Shown here: piece by piece, positions 63,327 through 64,000 of the stretch
How positions within the stretch are numbered: position 1 is the first letter of the stretch
How the letters are laid out: every line of letters begins with the position of its first letter
From: the human T2T-CHM13v2.0 reference genome, Homo sapiens
DNA length: 64,000 nucleotides
NCBI RefSeq assembly: GCF_009914755.1
Contig: NC_060930.1
Strand: one strand, 5' to 3'
The notes under the pieces: generated by a model
What the model saw: only the letters and a program-made list of their open reading frames with translations
Told to the model about the DNA's origin: nothing
Databases searched by the model: none
Position numbers and translations under genes: made by a program

Positions 63327-64000
<674 letters not shown>

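Overview
Primate, most likely human, AT-rich and repeat-dominated DNA. The FKBP1A retrocopy at the right edge matches FKBP1C as I recall it, which would place the window at about 6q12. No multi-exon gene is recognisable. Coding-derived content is one intact FKBP12-like retrogene ORF (63447-63773) and a 3'-truncated KRT8 processed pseudogene (44989-45617, minus). Mobile DNA includes a full-length dead L1PA6-like element, a full-length SVA_A, two back-to-back THE1 proviruses, about 14 Alus, solo LTRs and old L1/L2/MIR/DNA-transposon relics. The most unusual structures are: (i) an LTR element with two non-homologous LTRs (MLT1A-type MaLR and MLT2B-type ERV-L) inside one 5-bp TSD and joined at the primer-binding site, which may be a fossil of MaLR/ERV-L co-packaging; (ii) a 255-bp ungapped inverted repeat with a perfect palindrome on its axis; (iii) a flank-derived, strong-Kozak ATG adding 37 in-frame codons to FKBP1C; (iv) a 42-bp L1 3' transduction; (v) several template-switch scars. 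Subfamily names come from remembered consensus sequences, not a search, and boundaries of old repeats are approximate. I cannot claim a new functional system from sequence alone.
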